Counted from the first letter of the stretch, positions 42,959 to 54,154 are shown. The stretch: 64,000 nucleotides of DNA from an uncultured Phycisphaerales bacterium (GCA_963844715.1 CAWJPJ010000006.1:576001-640000), one strand, 5' to 3'. The notes: generated by a model from the sequence alone, not told the origin. Numbers and translations: made by a program.

Positions 42959-43077
42959 GCAACTGGCAACTGGTCGCAGAGCCGCCGTGGCGGCCAACTG
43001 GCAACTAAACAGGTTTGTTTAATATAAATCAGATATCCCCCAAACAGCCGTCCCCATCAAAAGTGTCAACTTTTGTC
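42959..43077. repeat. GCAACT heptamer run plus the second copy of the conserved non-coding module
   Basis: Matches 36352-36399 (direct) and 36225-36307 (inverted). Confidence 0.65.
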
Positions 43078-43229
43078 AGACTCTGTCCCGCCCGTTCGAC
43101 TGCTCACCTGCTCACCCGATCCCCTGCCCTCGCGAAGCGCCCCCAAGCCCCCATTCACATCCAAACTGTAACCTTTTGCCCAAAAATGCCCGCCCGCCGC
43201 GAAATTAAATCCGTCTACTGCTCTACTGA

Positions 43230-43520
43230 TCAACTGCTCAATTGCTCTTGCGCAGCATCATCCCGCCACCACCACCCCACGGCCGGATCGTTCCCAATCG
43301 CCATCTTAATCCCCAGCCAGGTCGCGCACACCGCAGCCGCGTTGTGCGCCTGCTCCGGCGTGTCGAACACCTGCTCGATACTCTTATGGTTCCGGGGATT
43401 CCTCCAAGCCTTGAGGAAATGCCCGACGGTATAGAGATGCAGGACGTGTTGCAGCGGCAGAGCGATCTCCGCCCGCATGACTTCTGCTAGTGGAAGGTCG
43501 AGGACCGGGTTCTTGGCCAT
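43230..43520 (-). CDS. Hypothetical protein
   Basis: 96-aa ORF MAKNPVLDLPL... with natural composition; no family recognised. Confidence 0.55.
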   Translation of the reverse strand: MAKNPVLDLPLAEVMRAEIALPLQHVLHLYTVGHFLKAWRNPRNHKSIEQVFDTPEQAHNAAAVCATWLGIKMAIGNDPAVGWWWRDDAAQEQLSS

Positions 43521-43820
43521 CGCATCACCCAATGATTGATGTCAAGTTTGCAAACCGGAGGGCAGAACAGAGGATTGACAAATCTGCCCTTCCGTGGGCC
43601 TGTGCCGACTTCCATGCCGGCTATGGATCAGCCCGAAAGGCGCGGCCTGCGCCGACGCCGCGCGGAAGATTAGCCACAATATCGGCAATGTCAATCGACC
43701 CGGTCCACCATTACCAGTAATTAATTTTACTAAGGCACAAGGCCGCGCCCAGGACCCGCCTTTCCCTTCCTGCCCGAAGCGTGGTCGCCGCGGCGACTGC
43801 CTTCGTGCCTCGCCCCCAAC

Positions 43821-43849
43821 TTGACACCCATGCCGATGCGTCCTAATTT
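43821..43849 (+). promoter_or_regulatory. Sigma70-like promoter of purA
   Basis: TTGACA-17 nt-TAATTT. Confidence 0.5.
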
Positions 43850-43892
43850 TCAATGCGTTCGATCATCCCCCGCACCGAAAGGTTCAAGAGTC

Positions 43893-45288
43893 GTGCTGCC
43901 CGTTCAGACATCCAATACGTGCGTCGTCGGTCTGCAATGGGGCGACGAAGGCAAAGGCAAAATCGTCGATCTCCTCGCCGAACAGTCCGACGTCGTCGTT
44001 CGCTATTGCGGTGGCGCCAACGCCGGGCATACCGTTCGCATCGGCGCTGAGAAATATTCAACCCACCTCCTCCCCGTCGGCGTCCTTCGCGCCGGCAAAA
44101 TGAACGTGATCGGCAACGGCGTCGTCCTCGACCCCGCCGCCCTCTTCAAGGAAATCGACGACCTCGCCGCCCGCGGCATCGCCGTGACGCCGGCGAATCT
44201 GCGGATCAGTTATAAAACTCACCTGGTGATGCCGTATCACATGGAAGAGGATGCCGCCCGCGAAGCGCGCCAGCGTTTCCGGCGCCATCGGCACCACCCG
44301 CCGCGGCATCGGCCCGGCTTACGCCGACAAAATGCAGCGCGCTCAACGGCCGTTCGCGTCGCCGATCTGACCGATGAGGAACGCCTCAAACATCGAATCC
44401 ACCGCATCGTCACCGAGCGAAACCAGGTCCTGCAAATCCTCAGCGGCTGCGCCCCCCTCGATTGGCAGCCGATTTTCGAAACCTATCGCGACTTCGGCCG
44501 CCGAATGCAGCCATATGTCGATGACACGACCTTCCTGCTTCTCAATTATGCCAGGGAAGGAAAGCGCATCGTCTTCGAAGGCGCCCACGCCGCCCTTTTG
44601 GACGTGGATCATGGAACGTATCCCTACGTGACGAGCAGCAGTTGCTCGGCCTTGGGCGTTTATACCGGCTCGGGCGTGCCGCCGCAGATGGTGCAGAATT
44701 TCATCGGCGTGATCAAAGCCTACAGCACGCGCGTCGGCGGCGGACCGTTCCCCACCGAGCAGGACAATCAAACCGGAAATTACATCCGCGAGCGCGGCAA
44801 CGAATACGGCACGACCACACGCCGGCCGCGCCGTTGCGGGTGGTTCGATGCGGTCGCCGTGCGCATACTCGGCCGATCTGTGCGGCGTGAATTCAATCGC
44901 CATGACCCTGCTCGACGTCCTCGGCGGACTCGATCACCTGCAAATCTGCACGGCTTACAAATATCGCGGCGAAATCCTCCCCTATTTCCGCGCCGACGCC
45001 GAAACGCTCGCCGAGGTCGAGCCCATTTACGAAACCCATCCCGGCTGGCGCGGCGATGCCGCCAAATGCACCTCTTTCGATCAGTTACCGCGCGAGGCGC
45101 AACAATATGTAAAACGGATCGAGCATCTGGTCGGCGTGCCGATTAAAATGGTGAGCGTCGGTCCCGAGCGTTCGGCGACTTTAATGCGTGAAGATTCAAA
45201 AACTCCTGTCGAGCCAACCGCCGGGAAACCGATACGATCAACAAGTCCGACGCACGGATGCGGCCATGTCGCTCAGTTCCAATATTAG
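43893..45288 (+). CDS. purA: Adenylosuccinate synthetase; several indels
   Basis: GLQWGDEGKGK, GANAGHT, DHGTYPYVTSS, TRVGGGPFPTE, TTRRPRRCGW, VSVGPER. Confidence 0.95.
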
Positions 45289-45913
45289 ACGCCGCCTTGA
45301 GCAGGTATTAAGCACCCTCGACGACGATGGGACGCTCGGCCCCCGTCTGCGACAAGATGCCGTCCGGCTTTGGAACCGCGGCAAAGATTCGTCGCCATGA
45401 ATTTGATCGGCCCCGACGCCGACCGCGCAAGCATGGAGCTGGCTTGCTACGCCCTCCAGCTCCCCGGCCGACAGACCGGCGGAATGATCTCCGGCAAACT
45501 CGGGCGCACCGAGTCTGCGCGATCGCGCTGAGCAGGCGGCCGAACTGCTCGTCAGCCTTGTCGGCCCCGACATCGACGAAAAACTTCTCGACCACACCAC
45601 CCGCCTGCTGCACGAAATCACGCACAGAACTCCCGTCATCGACGAAGCCAAACTGCTGGCCGACGCGCTCAACCTCGACGACTTCGGCCTCACCGGATTG
45701 ATCGTCACGACCATCCAGATGTCCCTCCAAGGCGAAGGAATCACCGACCTGATCACCGCCTGCGAAAAGCGCGAACAATACGGTTACTGGAGCGCCCGCT
45801 TGAAGGATGGATTCCATTTCGAGCCCGTCCGCGCCATCGCCCGCAAAAGACTGGAAACCGCCAGACAAGTCGTGAAGATGCTCGCGGATGAACTGGCGGA
45901 AGACCAACCTTAA
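45266..45913 (+). CDS. Hypothetical helical protein, HD-domain-like; frameshifted
   Basis: MSLSSNIRRRLEQ start, middle frame EAKLLADALNLDDFG, C-terminus in ORF 45698..45913. Confidence 0.5.
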
Positions 45914-45919
45914 AGACAA

Positions 45920-46003
45920 TTGAACCACGGATTTCGCGGATGGGCGCGGATAGGAACAAAAACCCGAATTTATCCGCGCCCATCCGCGAAATCCGTGGTT
46001 CAA
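45920..46003. repeat. Nonamer-periodic palindrome with perfect 33-bp arms
   Basis: TTGAACCACGGATTTCGCGGATGGGCGCGGATA, 18-nt spacer, exact reverse complement. Confidence 0.9.
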
Positions 46004-47236
46004 ACTCCGGTCCCTTACTATTGTGTGCGGCCTGGGTGGCGCCAATGGATCAAGCGCCGATCCCGGACGGCGCGATTCTCATCGCCAATGGAATCATTTC
46101 CGCCGTCGGACCGCGAAAGGACCTACGCTCGCGAGCGTCGAACGCCGAGGTCGTGGAATTGGGGCATTCGATTCTCCTCCCAGCCCTCATCAACGCCCAC
46201 ACCCACCTTGAACTCAGCGACTGTTCATGCGGAGCTCCGCCCAAATCAGGATTCGCGGATTGGCTTGTTGGAATGCTGCGGCGCACCGCGCATTTCGCCG
46301 GAAGAGATGCAGTCCGCCGTCACCAAAGCCGTCGAGATCGGCGTCGAGCAGTGTCTGAAATTCGGCGTTGCCACCGTGGGGGACATCAGCCGCCAGGTCC
46401 ATCTCACGCGGCCTTTGTTATTGAAGACGCCTCTCCGTGTGATCAGTTTCGGCGAAGTCCAGGCCATGGCCCAGCGGCGCGGATTTCTGGAAGAGCGCGT
46501 GGCCGCCGCGGCCAGCAAATCCGTCTCCTCCGACAAATTAAGAATCGGCATCTCCCCCCACGCACCATACTCCGTGGAGCCCGACGGCTATCGCCGCTGT
46601 CTGGAAGTTGCGCGGCAAAACAAAATGCCTCTCTCAACACATCTCGCTGAGACGCCCGACGAGTCGATATTCTTATCCGACCACGCCGGCCCCTTGCGAG
46701 ATCTATGGGACGCCTGGCTCACCTGGGACGAAGAGGTCCCTCAATTCGCAGGCGGCCCGATCCGCTATGCTCAATCACTAGGGCTCCTCGACTACCCCAC
46801 TCTCCTCGCCCATGTGAATTATTGCGATGACGAGGAACTGGCCATTCTTGCGGGTGGAAAAGCCGGCGTCGTATTCTGCCCGCGCACGCACGATTATTTC
46901 GGCCACCCACCCCACCGCTGGCGGGAGATGCTAGCCCGCGGCATCAACGTAGCGGTCGGAACGGACAGTTGCGCCAGCTCGCCAGATCTGAATATCGTTG
47001 ACGATCTGCGCCTACTTCACCGCCAAAACCGCGACATCCCCGCCGAGGAAATTTGGCAACTTGTTACGACCCGCGGCGCTCGGGTCCTGGGCCTGGAACG
47101 AGTCTGCGGCTCCCTCACCCCCGGCCTGCAGGCGGACATTGTCGCATTTCCTTGCGCCACCGGCGAACCGTTGAAGGAGGTCCTCGAAGGCAGCGAACTA
47201 CCGTCCCAAATCTGGATCGCGGGCACAATGATTTGA
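45940..47236 (+). CDS. Metal-dependent amidohydrolase/deaminase; frameshift near 46285; start uncertain
   Basis: PALINAHTHLE, SPHAPYSV, HLAE, AHVNY, VGTDS. Confidence 0.85.
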
Positions 47237-47270
47237 CCCGGTGGTCTATTTCATATATAGTTAATTCACG

Positions 47271-47628
47271 ATGCGTAGGCGACGAAGAAAGCAAACTGAA
47301 ATAAGCGATCCGAGAAAATCCGACGTCGAGTGGTTTATATCCCTTCCGGACTCCGAGAAGGAGCGGATTTTCCAGGAGATTGAGGCCGAATCACCACAAG
47401 AGCATCTCGCGCGTTCACGCCCCCTCAACGCTCGCGAGCGAAAGCAGTGGCGCCGCTTCCAAGCCAAGGCCGGCCGCCCCAAAATCGGCAAAGGCGCATA
47501 AAACCATCTCCCTGACCGTCGAGCGAGGCCTCCTAAAGCAAGCCGACGCCTTCGCCAAGAAGCACGGCATCACTCGCGCCAAGCTGATCGCCCAATGCCT
47601 CCAAGCCGTAATCGGTTCGGCAGCGTAG
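47271..47628 (+). CDS. Small ribbon-helix-helix antitoxin-like protein; frameshift near 47498
   Basis: GRPKIGKG continues in another frame as ISLTVERGLLKQADAFAKKHGITRAKLI. Confidence 0.6.
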
Positions 47629-47643
47629 TCAGGTCACCGCCTT

Positions 47644-48963
47644 TTATCGCCTCTGATCCTCCCGATGCGGCACAATCGCCAAAAGCACCGCCCCCAGCGC
47701 CAAAGCCACGGAGACGAATAGAAGACCCGCCGTAAAGCTCCCCGTCGATTGCTTCGTCCACCCAATCACCGTCGGTGCGACCGCGCCGGCCAGGGCGCTG
47801 AAGCAATTCACAATCGCGATCCCCCCGGCCGCCGCGTTTCCCTTCAGATATCTTGTTGGAATCGTCCAGAACGGCGCGAGCGATCCGAAGATTCCAACCG
47901 CAGTAATGCACAGCGCGGGCATTCCCCAGCCAAGCGTCGGCAAATACTTCAGCGTCAGGCAGACGATGACCATCCCAATCGATCCCGTAGCGGCACAGAT
48001 CGCCCCATAAAATTTCGGCCTCCCGGCCCGATCCGCGCGGCGGGCGATGATGACCATCGCCGCCGCCGCCAGCGCGTAGGGAATTCCCGAAACAAATCCG
48101 ATGCGCGCGTCGCTGATGGCGCTGATCGACTTCACGATCGAGGGGAGCCAATAAATGAAACCATACAAACCCGAAACGAGCATAAAGTTCGTCGCGCTGA
48201 GAATCCAAAGTCTGCCATCCCCCATCGCCTTCCAGAGATTGCCGATGTGATGGCTCTGGGCCTCCGATTCATCCAGGGCCAGTTCGCGCTCGATCCAATC
48301 TTTCTCCTCTGCCGGAAGCCACGAAGCCTTCGCAGGCCTGTCCGGCAAGATCGGAAACAGCAAGATCGAGATTCCCAACAGCGCCGGCAAAATCCCCTCG
48401 AGCAAAAAGAGCCACTGCCAGCCGTGCAACCCGCCGATGCCGTCCATTTTCATCAGCAGACCGCCGAGGGGATTCCCAACCAATCCCGACAGCGCCGTCG
48501 ACGTCAAAAACGCCGCCATCGCGCCGGTCCGATGGCTCGACGGCACCCAATACGTCAGATAAAGCACGATCCCGGGAAAGAAACCCGCCTCAGCGATACC
48601 GAGCATCAGTCTCAGAAGATAAAAGCTGGACGTCCCGCGCGTGAACATCATGCACGCCGAGATGATCCCCCACGAGATCATGATCCGCGCGATCCAACGC
48701 CGCGCCCCGACCCGCACCAGGATCAAATTGCTCGGCACCTCAAATGCGCAATACCCGAGGAAAAACAATCCCGTCCCTGTTCCATAGCTGGCGTCCGTCA
48801 GATTCGCGTCGGCGAGCATGCGCAGTTTCGCCATCGCGACATTGGTTCGATCCAGATAATTGATAAGGAACAGCAAGCAGAGGAGCGGGATGAGCCGCCG
48901 CATGACGCGGGCCATCGCCGCCGCGCCGACATCATTGGGGGCGGTGGTCGGCGCGACGTTCAT
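47644..48963 (-). CDS. MFS transporter, anion:cation symporter (phthalate/tartrate-type)
   Basis: NYLDRTN, FEVPSN, GARRWIARIM, AEAGFFPG, GWQWLFLLEG. Confidence 0.92.
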   Translation of the reverse strand: MNVAPTTAPNDVGAAAMARVMRRLIPLLCLLFLINYLDRTNVAMAKLRMLADANLTDASYGTGTGLFFLGYCAFEVPSNLILVRVGARRWIARIMISWGIISACMMFTRGTSSFYLLRLMLGIAEAGFFPGIVLYLTYWVPSSHRTGAMAAFLTSTALSGLVGNPLGGLLMKMDGIGGLHGWQWLFLLEGILPALLGISILLFPILPDRPAKASWLPAEEKDWIERELALDESEAQSHHIGNLWKAMGDGRLWILSATNFMLVSGLYGFIYWLPSIVKSISAISDARIGFVSGIPYALAAAAMVIIARRADRAGRPKFYGAICAATGSIGMVIVCLTLKYLPTLGWGMPALCITAVGIFGSLAPFWTIPTRYLKGNAAAGGIAIVNCFSALAGAVAPTVIGWTKQSTGSFTAGLLFVSVALALGAVLLAIVPHREDQRR

Positions 48964-49560
48964 TCCGCGCCGGTCCCGCTTTCGCGCGCCCGATTGATCG
49001 CCGCGATGATGCGCTTATGGACTTCCCGCGGCCGGGAGACCGTCTGCCACACAGCCGTCGGCATCGACTCGTCCCTGGGAATGATCTCAATCGACCCCAC
49101 AGCCACCATTCTCTCCCGCATGGTGGAAACTAATCGCGTCCGCACGATTTTCTCAGCGGGCAATCGAAGACATCGATGTAAAACACGCCGGCGAGGCGCA
49201 AGATGCGCTGATCAGTAAGGACGTAGAGCCGACCCATCCATTGCAGGAGCGCCCAGACCAAACGGCCGACGATGAAAACGGTAGCCAATTCGAAATCGAG
49301 CCGGTCATGGGTTCGGTGGTCGATCACGGCCGTCCCCAGGCTGATCAACATCACCGCCCCGCAAAACGTCAGCGACGACCAGGGAATGAACCACGCAGAC
49401 GGCTTCAGAAGCAGAATGATAATTTCGCCGTCGCGAAAAATGTGCGACGCGAGCAACGTCGCCAGGGACGTCGAGTGCGGCTGAATCGCCGCCGCCCCGG
49501 CTCCAGTCGCCCCCGCGCCGGCGCCGCCGGCCTCCGTCGAATGAAAACTTGGGTATTTCA
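48960..49560 (-). CDS. Membrane protein with bacterial PH domain; frameshift near 49150; start uncertain
   Basis: GEIIILLLKPS, two TM segments, YVLTDQRI, C-terminus in ORF 48960..49163. Confidence 0.65.
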
Positions 49561-50115
49561 GACCAATCTCTCCATGGCCGAGGCTCGCAGCGTTACCACC
49601 TCGGGCAGGTTCCGGTAAAAATTATTGTAGTCCAATCCGTACCCAACCACGAAAACATCCGGGATTTCAAACCCAACGTAATCCACATGCATCGCCTTTG
49701 CCGTCGGCCGATCTTTGCGCAAGAGCACGCACGATTTCACGCTCGCCGCCCCCAACTCCCGCACCACCGGCAGCACGGTCGCGAGCGTGCCGCCGCTGTC
49801 GAGAATATCGTCCACAACGACCACGTGCCTTCCCCGGATTTCCCCAAGCTGGCTGGCCAGCAACTCCGGTCCCTGCGACCGAACCGACCTTCCCGGATAG
49901 CTGCTGACCCCCATAAGTCCGAGTTTCATCGCGATGGGGATATTCCGCATCAGATCAGCGCAAAAAATCATCGCGCCCGTAAGGATCGGTACAAGGGTGA
50001 TTCCCCCATCCTTATCGGCCGAGGCATGATCGGCGGTAATTTGCGCCGCCAGCTCCCGGACGCGCCGGGCCAACTCGGTTTGAGGGATCAGAACCCGTTC
50101 GATATCCCCTTGCAT
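49558..50115 (-). CDS. hpt: Hypoxanthine phosphoribosyltransferase
   Basis: VVVDDILDSGGTL, FVVGYGLDY, YRNLP. Confidence 0.95.
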   Translation of the reverse strand: MQGDIERVLIPQTELARRVRELAAQITADHASADKDGGITLVPILTGAMIFCADLMRNIPIAMKLGLMGVSSYPGRSVRSQGPELLASQLGEIRGRHVVVVDDILDSGGTLATVLPVVRELGAASVKSCVLLRKDRPTAKAMHVDYVGFEIPDVFVVGYGLDYNNFYRNLPEVVTLRASAMERLV

Positions 50116-50203
50116 GGCGGCACATCTTACCCGATGACCTGCAAACTTTGGGAAAGAGATTGCGGAGGGCTTACAATATCAATTGGAGGGGAGAACTTTG
50201 GGG

Positions 50204-50333
50204 AAAACCAGAATTCCGAAACCCGAAATCCGAATCAAACCCGAATGACCAAATGACCCAATCGGCGGAACGGCCCTTCGGTCATTCGGATTTCGGATTT
50301 GACTCTGGTTTCGGATTTCTGGTTTCGGGTTTC
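50204..50333. repeat. Heptamer-periodic palindromic element, copy F (empty, subtype 2)
   Basis: Same arms as the other copies. Shares CCTTCGGTCATTCGGATTTCGGATTTGA exactly with the 3' side of copy C, and starts 2 nt after the pckG stop. Confidence 0.9.
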
Positions 50334-50335
50334 GC

Positions 50336-52171
50336 CTATAGCCTGCTCACCAGAAGCTCGCGCTGAAAAATCATTTCCTTAGGCAAATCCCCCGCCAACT
50401 TAAGGAACAGTTCTTCCTGGCTAAGCAGCTCCGCCTTGATCTCGTCGAGACTGATGTCCTGTAGCTTATCGAATTTCTCGAGCGTAATCGGCAATCCCTC
50501 GAGATCAATGTCGCTCCCGCGCGGCATCCAGCCAATCGGCGTCTCCCTCGCATACGCCCGGCCCTTGCATCGGTCGATGATCCACTTCAGCACGCGCATA
50601 TTCTCCCCATACCCCGGCCACATGAATTTCCCATTGCTGTCCGTGCGGAACCAATTGACGTGGAAGATGCGCGGGCAATCGGTCATCTTCTTTCGCATGC
50701 GGAACCAGTGAACGATATAGTCGCGGATGTTGTAGCCAATGAAGGGGAGCATGGCCATCGGATCGCGCCGGACGATGCCGACTTGCCCGGACGCTGCCGC
50801 CGTCGTTTCGCTGCCAAGCGTGGCGCCCAGATAAACGCCGTGCATCCAATTGAAGGCCTGGAAGACGAGCGGGATGGTGCGCGATCTTCGCCCGCCGAAG
50901 ATGAGCGCTGAGACGGGCACACCCGCAGGATCATCCGCCGCGGGATCAAGCGCGGGATTATTCGTCATCGGGGCCGTGAATCGGCTGTTCGGATGCGCCA
51001 CCTTCGTGCCCGATTGCGGCGCCCATTCCTTGCCCATCCAGTCGATGCACTTCGCCGGCGGCTCGGAAGTTTTCCCCTCCCACCAGACATCGCCATCCGG
51101 AAGCAGTCCCACATTGGTGTAGATCGTATCGTGAGACATCGCAGCCATGGCGTTGGGATTGGTTTGATGATTGGTGCCGGGGACGACGCCGAAATAACCC
51201 GCCTCGGGATTGATCGCCCGCAAGCGCCCCGATTCGTCCACCCACATCCAGACAATATCGTCCCCCACCGTGGTGACTTTCCATCCCGCATCCTGATATT
51301 TTTTCGGCGGGATGAGCATCGCAAAATTGGTTTTGCCGCACGCGCTAGGGAAAGCCGCCGCGACGTACGTCTTTTCTCCCTGCGGGCTGGTCGCTCCGGT
51401 GAGGAGCATGTGCTCGGCCATCCAGTCCTGCTGATTTCCAAGATAACTGGCGATGCGCAGCGCGAGACATTTCTTTCCCAATAACGCATTGCCGCCGTAT
51501 CCGGAACCGATGCTCCAGATCGTGTTGTCGGTTGGGAAATGGCAGATGTAGCGCCGCTCGGGGTTGCAATCGGCTACCGAATGGAGGCAGCGCGTGAATT
51601 CGATCTCCCCATCCGGCCCGGCCGTGGACGCCAATTGCTTCCAGGCCACCTGCCCCATGCGGGTCATGATCCCCATGCTTACGGCCACGTAGACCGAATC
51701 TGTCAGCTCCACCCCCACTTTCGCCAGCGGCGATCCAATCGGCCCCATCACGAAGGGCACGACATACATCGTCCGCCCGGCCATAGAGCCGCTAAAGAGC
51801 CCGCGCAGTTTCGCGTAAGCCGCGCGCGTCTCCATCCAATTGTTCGTCGGGCCGGCCATGTCCTGGCTTGGCGTGCAGATGAAGGTGCACTGCTCGCTCC
51901 GAGCCACGTCGTTTGGATTGCTCCGATGCAGATAACACCCCGGCAACTTCTGCTGATTCAGAGGAATGAACACCCCTTCCTTGACGCCCCGGGCGAGCAA
52001 ACTTGCCCTCTCGTTCCCCGACCCGTCGCACCAGTAAACGTCTCGGGGCTGGCAGAGCTTCACGCATTCCTCTACCCAGTGTTTGACCGTTACAGGCATC
52101 CCCGCGGGCGCCTGCCCCGCCGATCCCTGCGAAGTTCCCGACCCCGTCTGCTCCATCTCGGTGATGCTCAT
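50336..52171 (-). CDS. pckG: Phosphoenolpyruvate carboxykinase (GTP)
   Basis: [50 protein letters not shown]. Confidence 0.96.
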   Translation of the reverse strand: MSITEMEQTGSGTSQGSAGQAPAGMPVTVKHWVEECVKLCQPRDVYWCDGSGNERASLLARGVKEGVFIPLNQQKLPGCYLHRSNPNDVARSEQCTFICTPSQDMAGPTNNWMETRAAYAKLRGLFSGSMAGRTMYVVPFVMGPIGSPLAKVGVELTDSVYVAVSMGIMTRMGQVAWKQLASTAGPDGEIEFTRCLHSVADCNPERRYICHFPTDNTIWSIGSGYGGNALLGKKCLALRIASYLGNQQDWMAEHMLLTGATSPQGEKTYVAAAFPSACGKTNFAMLIPPKKYQDAGWKVTTVGDDIVWMWVDESGRLRAINPEAGYFGVVPGTNHQTNPNAMAAMSHDTIYTNVGLLPDGDVWWEGKTSEPPAKCIDWMGKEWAPQSGTKVAHPNSRFTAPMTNNPALDPAADDPAGVPVSALIFGGRRSRTIPLVFQAFNWMHGVYLGATLGSETTAAASGQVGIVRRDPMAMLPFIGYNIRDYIVHWFRMRKKMTDCPRIFHVNWFRTDSNGKFMWPGYGENMRVLKWIIDRCKGRAYARETPIGWMPRGSDIDLEGLPITLEKFDKLQDISLDEIKAELLSQEELFLKLAGDLPKEMIFQRELLVSRL

Positions 52172-52267
52172 CTTAAACTCCCGGTTGTGCCTGGCGGCGT
52201 ACTGTCACCTAACCTCGACCACCCCGCAAGCTGGAAACAGCGATTTCCGCCCATTTCCTCAAACTTA

Positions 52268-52295
52268 TTGACGCTCTCGTCGCCGCCGATATGAT
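52268..52295 (+). promoter_or_regulatory. Sigma70-like promoter of the cimA leader
   Basis: TTGACG-16 nt-TATGAT. Confidence 0.6.
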
Positions 52296-52304
52296 ATGGT
52301 TCTC

Positions 52305-52361
52305 ATGCAGCAAATTCCCGCGATCGCCCGCATCATTATTAGCCCCGGAAATCTCGGGTAG
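52305..52361 (+). CDS. Putative Ile-rich attenuator leader peptide MQQIPAIARIIISPGNLG
   Basis: 18 codons with 5 Ile, including ATC ATT ATT in tandem, directly before a terminator and cimA. Confidence 0.75.
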   Translation: MQQIPAIARIIISPGNLG

Positions 52362-52389
52362 GGCAGATCGTGTAGCCGATACAACTTTC

Positions 52390-52418
52390 AAAGCCCTGCC
52401 CGATGGCAGGGCTTTTTT
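52390..52418 (+). terminator. Attenuator terminator upstream of cimA
   Basis: AAAGCCCTGCC-CGAT-GGCAGGGCTTTTTT. Confidence 0.85.
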
Positions 52419-52439
52419 GTTTTAGACTTGGCGGACTCC

Positions 52440-54040
52440 ATGGAACCACGACGCATCGAAATCTACGACACCACCCTCCGCGACGGCACCCAGGGCGAGG
52501 GATTCAATCTCTCCCTCCAGGACAAGGTCATGATCGCCCAACGGCTCGATGAACTCGGGCGTGGATTACATCGAAGGCGGCTTCCCCCTCTCCAACCCCA
52601 AGGACGCCGCCTTCTTTCAGGAAGTCAAAGCCCTCAAGTTTTCCAGCGCGCGCATCTCCGCCTTTGGCATGACCCGCCGCCGCGGCGTCAAACCGGAAGA
52701 AGACCCGGGCATGCGATCGCTCCTCGAGGCGGAGACGCCGGTGGTCACCCTCGTCGGCAAAACCAGTGAACTCCAGGCAACCAAAGTTCTCGGCGTCTCC
52801 CCTGAAGAAAACTGCGCCATGATCGCCGATTCCGTCCGCTTCATCCGCCAGGCGGGACGCATGGTGATCTATGACGCCGAGCATTTCTTCGACACGTATC
52901 GCGACAATCCCGAGTATGCCCTCAAGACTCTCCTAGCCGCCCAGGAAGCGGGCGCCAGCGTTCTGGTGCTCTGCGACACCAACGGCGGCACGATGCCCGA
53001 ATTTGTCGCCCAGGCCGTTGCCGATGTGAAAAAGCAGACTTCCGTAAAAATCGGCATCCATACGCACAACGACGCGGCCCTCGCCGTCGCCAACGCCCTG
53101 GCCGCCGTCCATTCCGGCGCCGATCACGCCCAGGGAACCATCAACGGCGTCGGCGAACGCTGCGGAAACATGGACCTCGTCCCGCTCATCGCTAATCTCC
53201 AGCTCAAATATAACCTCGACTGCCTGCGCCCCGGCACGCTGCGCCATCTCACCGAAGTCAGCCGCTACGTTTACGAAACTGCGAATCTCAACCCCGTGAA
53301 CGGCCAGCCCTACGTCGGCTCCAGCGCCTTCGCTCACAAGGGCGGCATGCACGTCCATGCCGTGCAGAAAGACGCGACCACCTACGAACACATCGCCCCC
53401 GAAGCCGTCGGCAACAATCGCAAAATCCTCGTCAGCGAACTCTCCGGCGCCAGCAACATCGCCGCCAAGGCGGGCCGAAAATTTGACAATCGAAAATGAC
53501 AAGCTGGTTCTGCGCCGCGTTCTGGATAAAGTCCAGAATTTGGAAAACGCGGGTTATCACTTCGAGGTCGCCGAGGCCAGCTTCGAACTGCTCGTCCGCA
53601 AGGAAATCGGCAAGCGCAAGAAATTCTTCGACTTGGACGGCTATCGCGTCTCCGTCGTCAAACGAGACGGCGGCAAGCCCAATTCCGAAGCGGATGTGAA
53701 ACTCCGCGTCGGCGACCACACCGAGCATCGCATCGCCGAAGGCGACGGCCCGGTGAACGCCTTGGATAACGCCTTGCGGGAAGCATTACGCCTACACTAT
53801 CCCCAAATCGCCCAGGTGCATCTGACGGACTACAAGGTGCGGGTCATCAATTCCCGCGACGAGACGGCCGCCACGGTCCGCGTCGTCATCGAATGCCGCC
53901 GCGACCGCGCCAACGGCACCAAGGAAACCTTCGGTACCATCGGAGTCAGCGGCAATATCATCGACGCCAGTTGGCAGGCCCTCGTAGACGCCTACGATTA
54001 CCATTTGATCCACGTAACCGAGGAATCCCCCACCCATTGA
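52440..54040 (+). CDS. cimA: Citramalate synthase; frameshifts near 52558 and 53490
   Basis: [67 protein letters not shown]. Confidence 0.9.
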
Positions 54041-54053
54041 CCCAAAAGCGAAG

Positions 54054-54075
54054 CCGGGGGAACTCGTTCCCCCGG
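54054..54075. terminator. GC-rich hairpin after cimA (terminator or REP-like)
   Basis: CCGGGGGAAC-TC-GTTCCCCCGG; no U-tract. Confidence 0.45.
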
Positions 54076-54154
54076 ATCGATGCGACGAAATACCCCGATT
54101 GAAAACTCCACCGCCCCCATAGAATCCCCCCCAATCACTTCATACACTAAAGGC

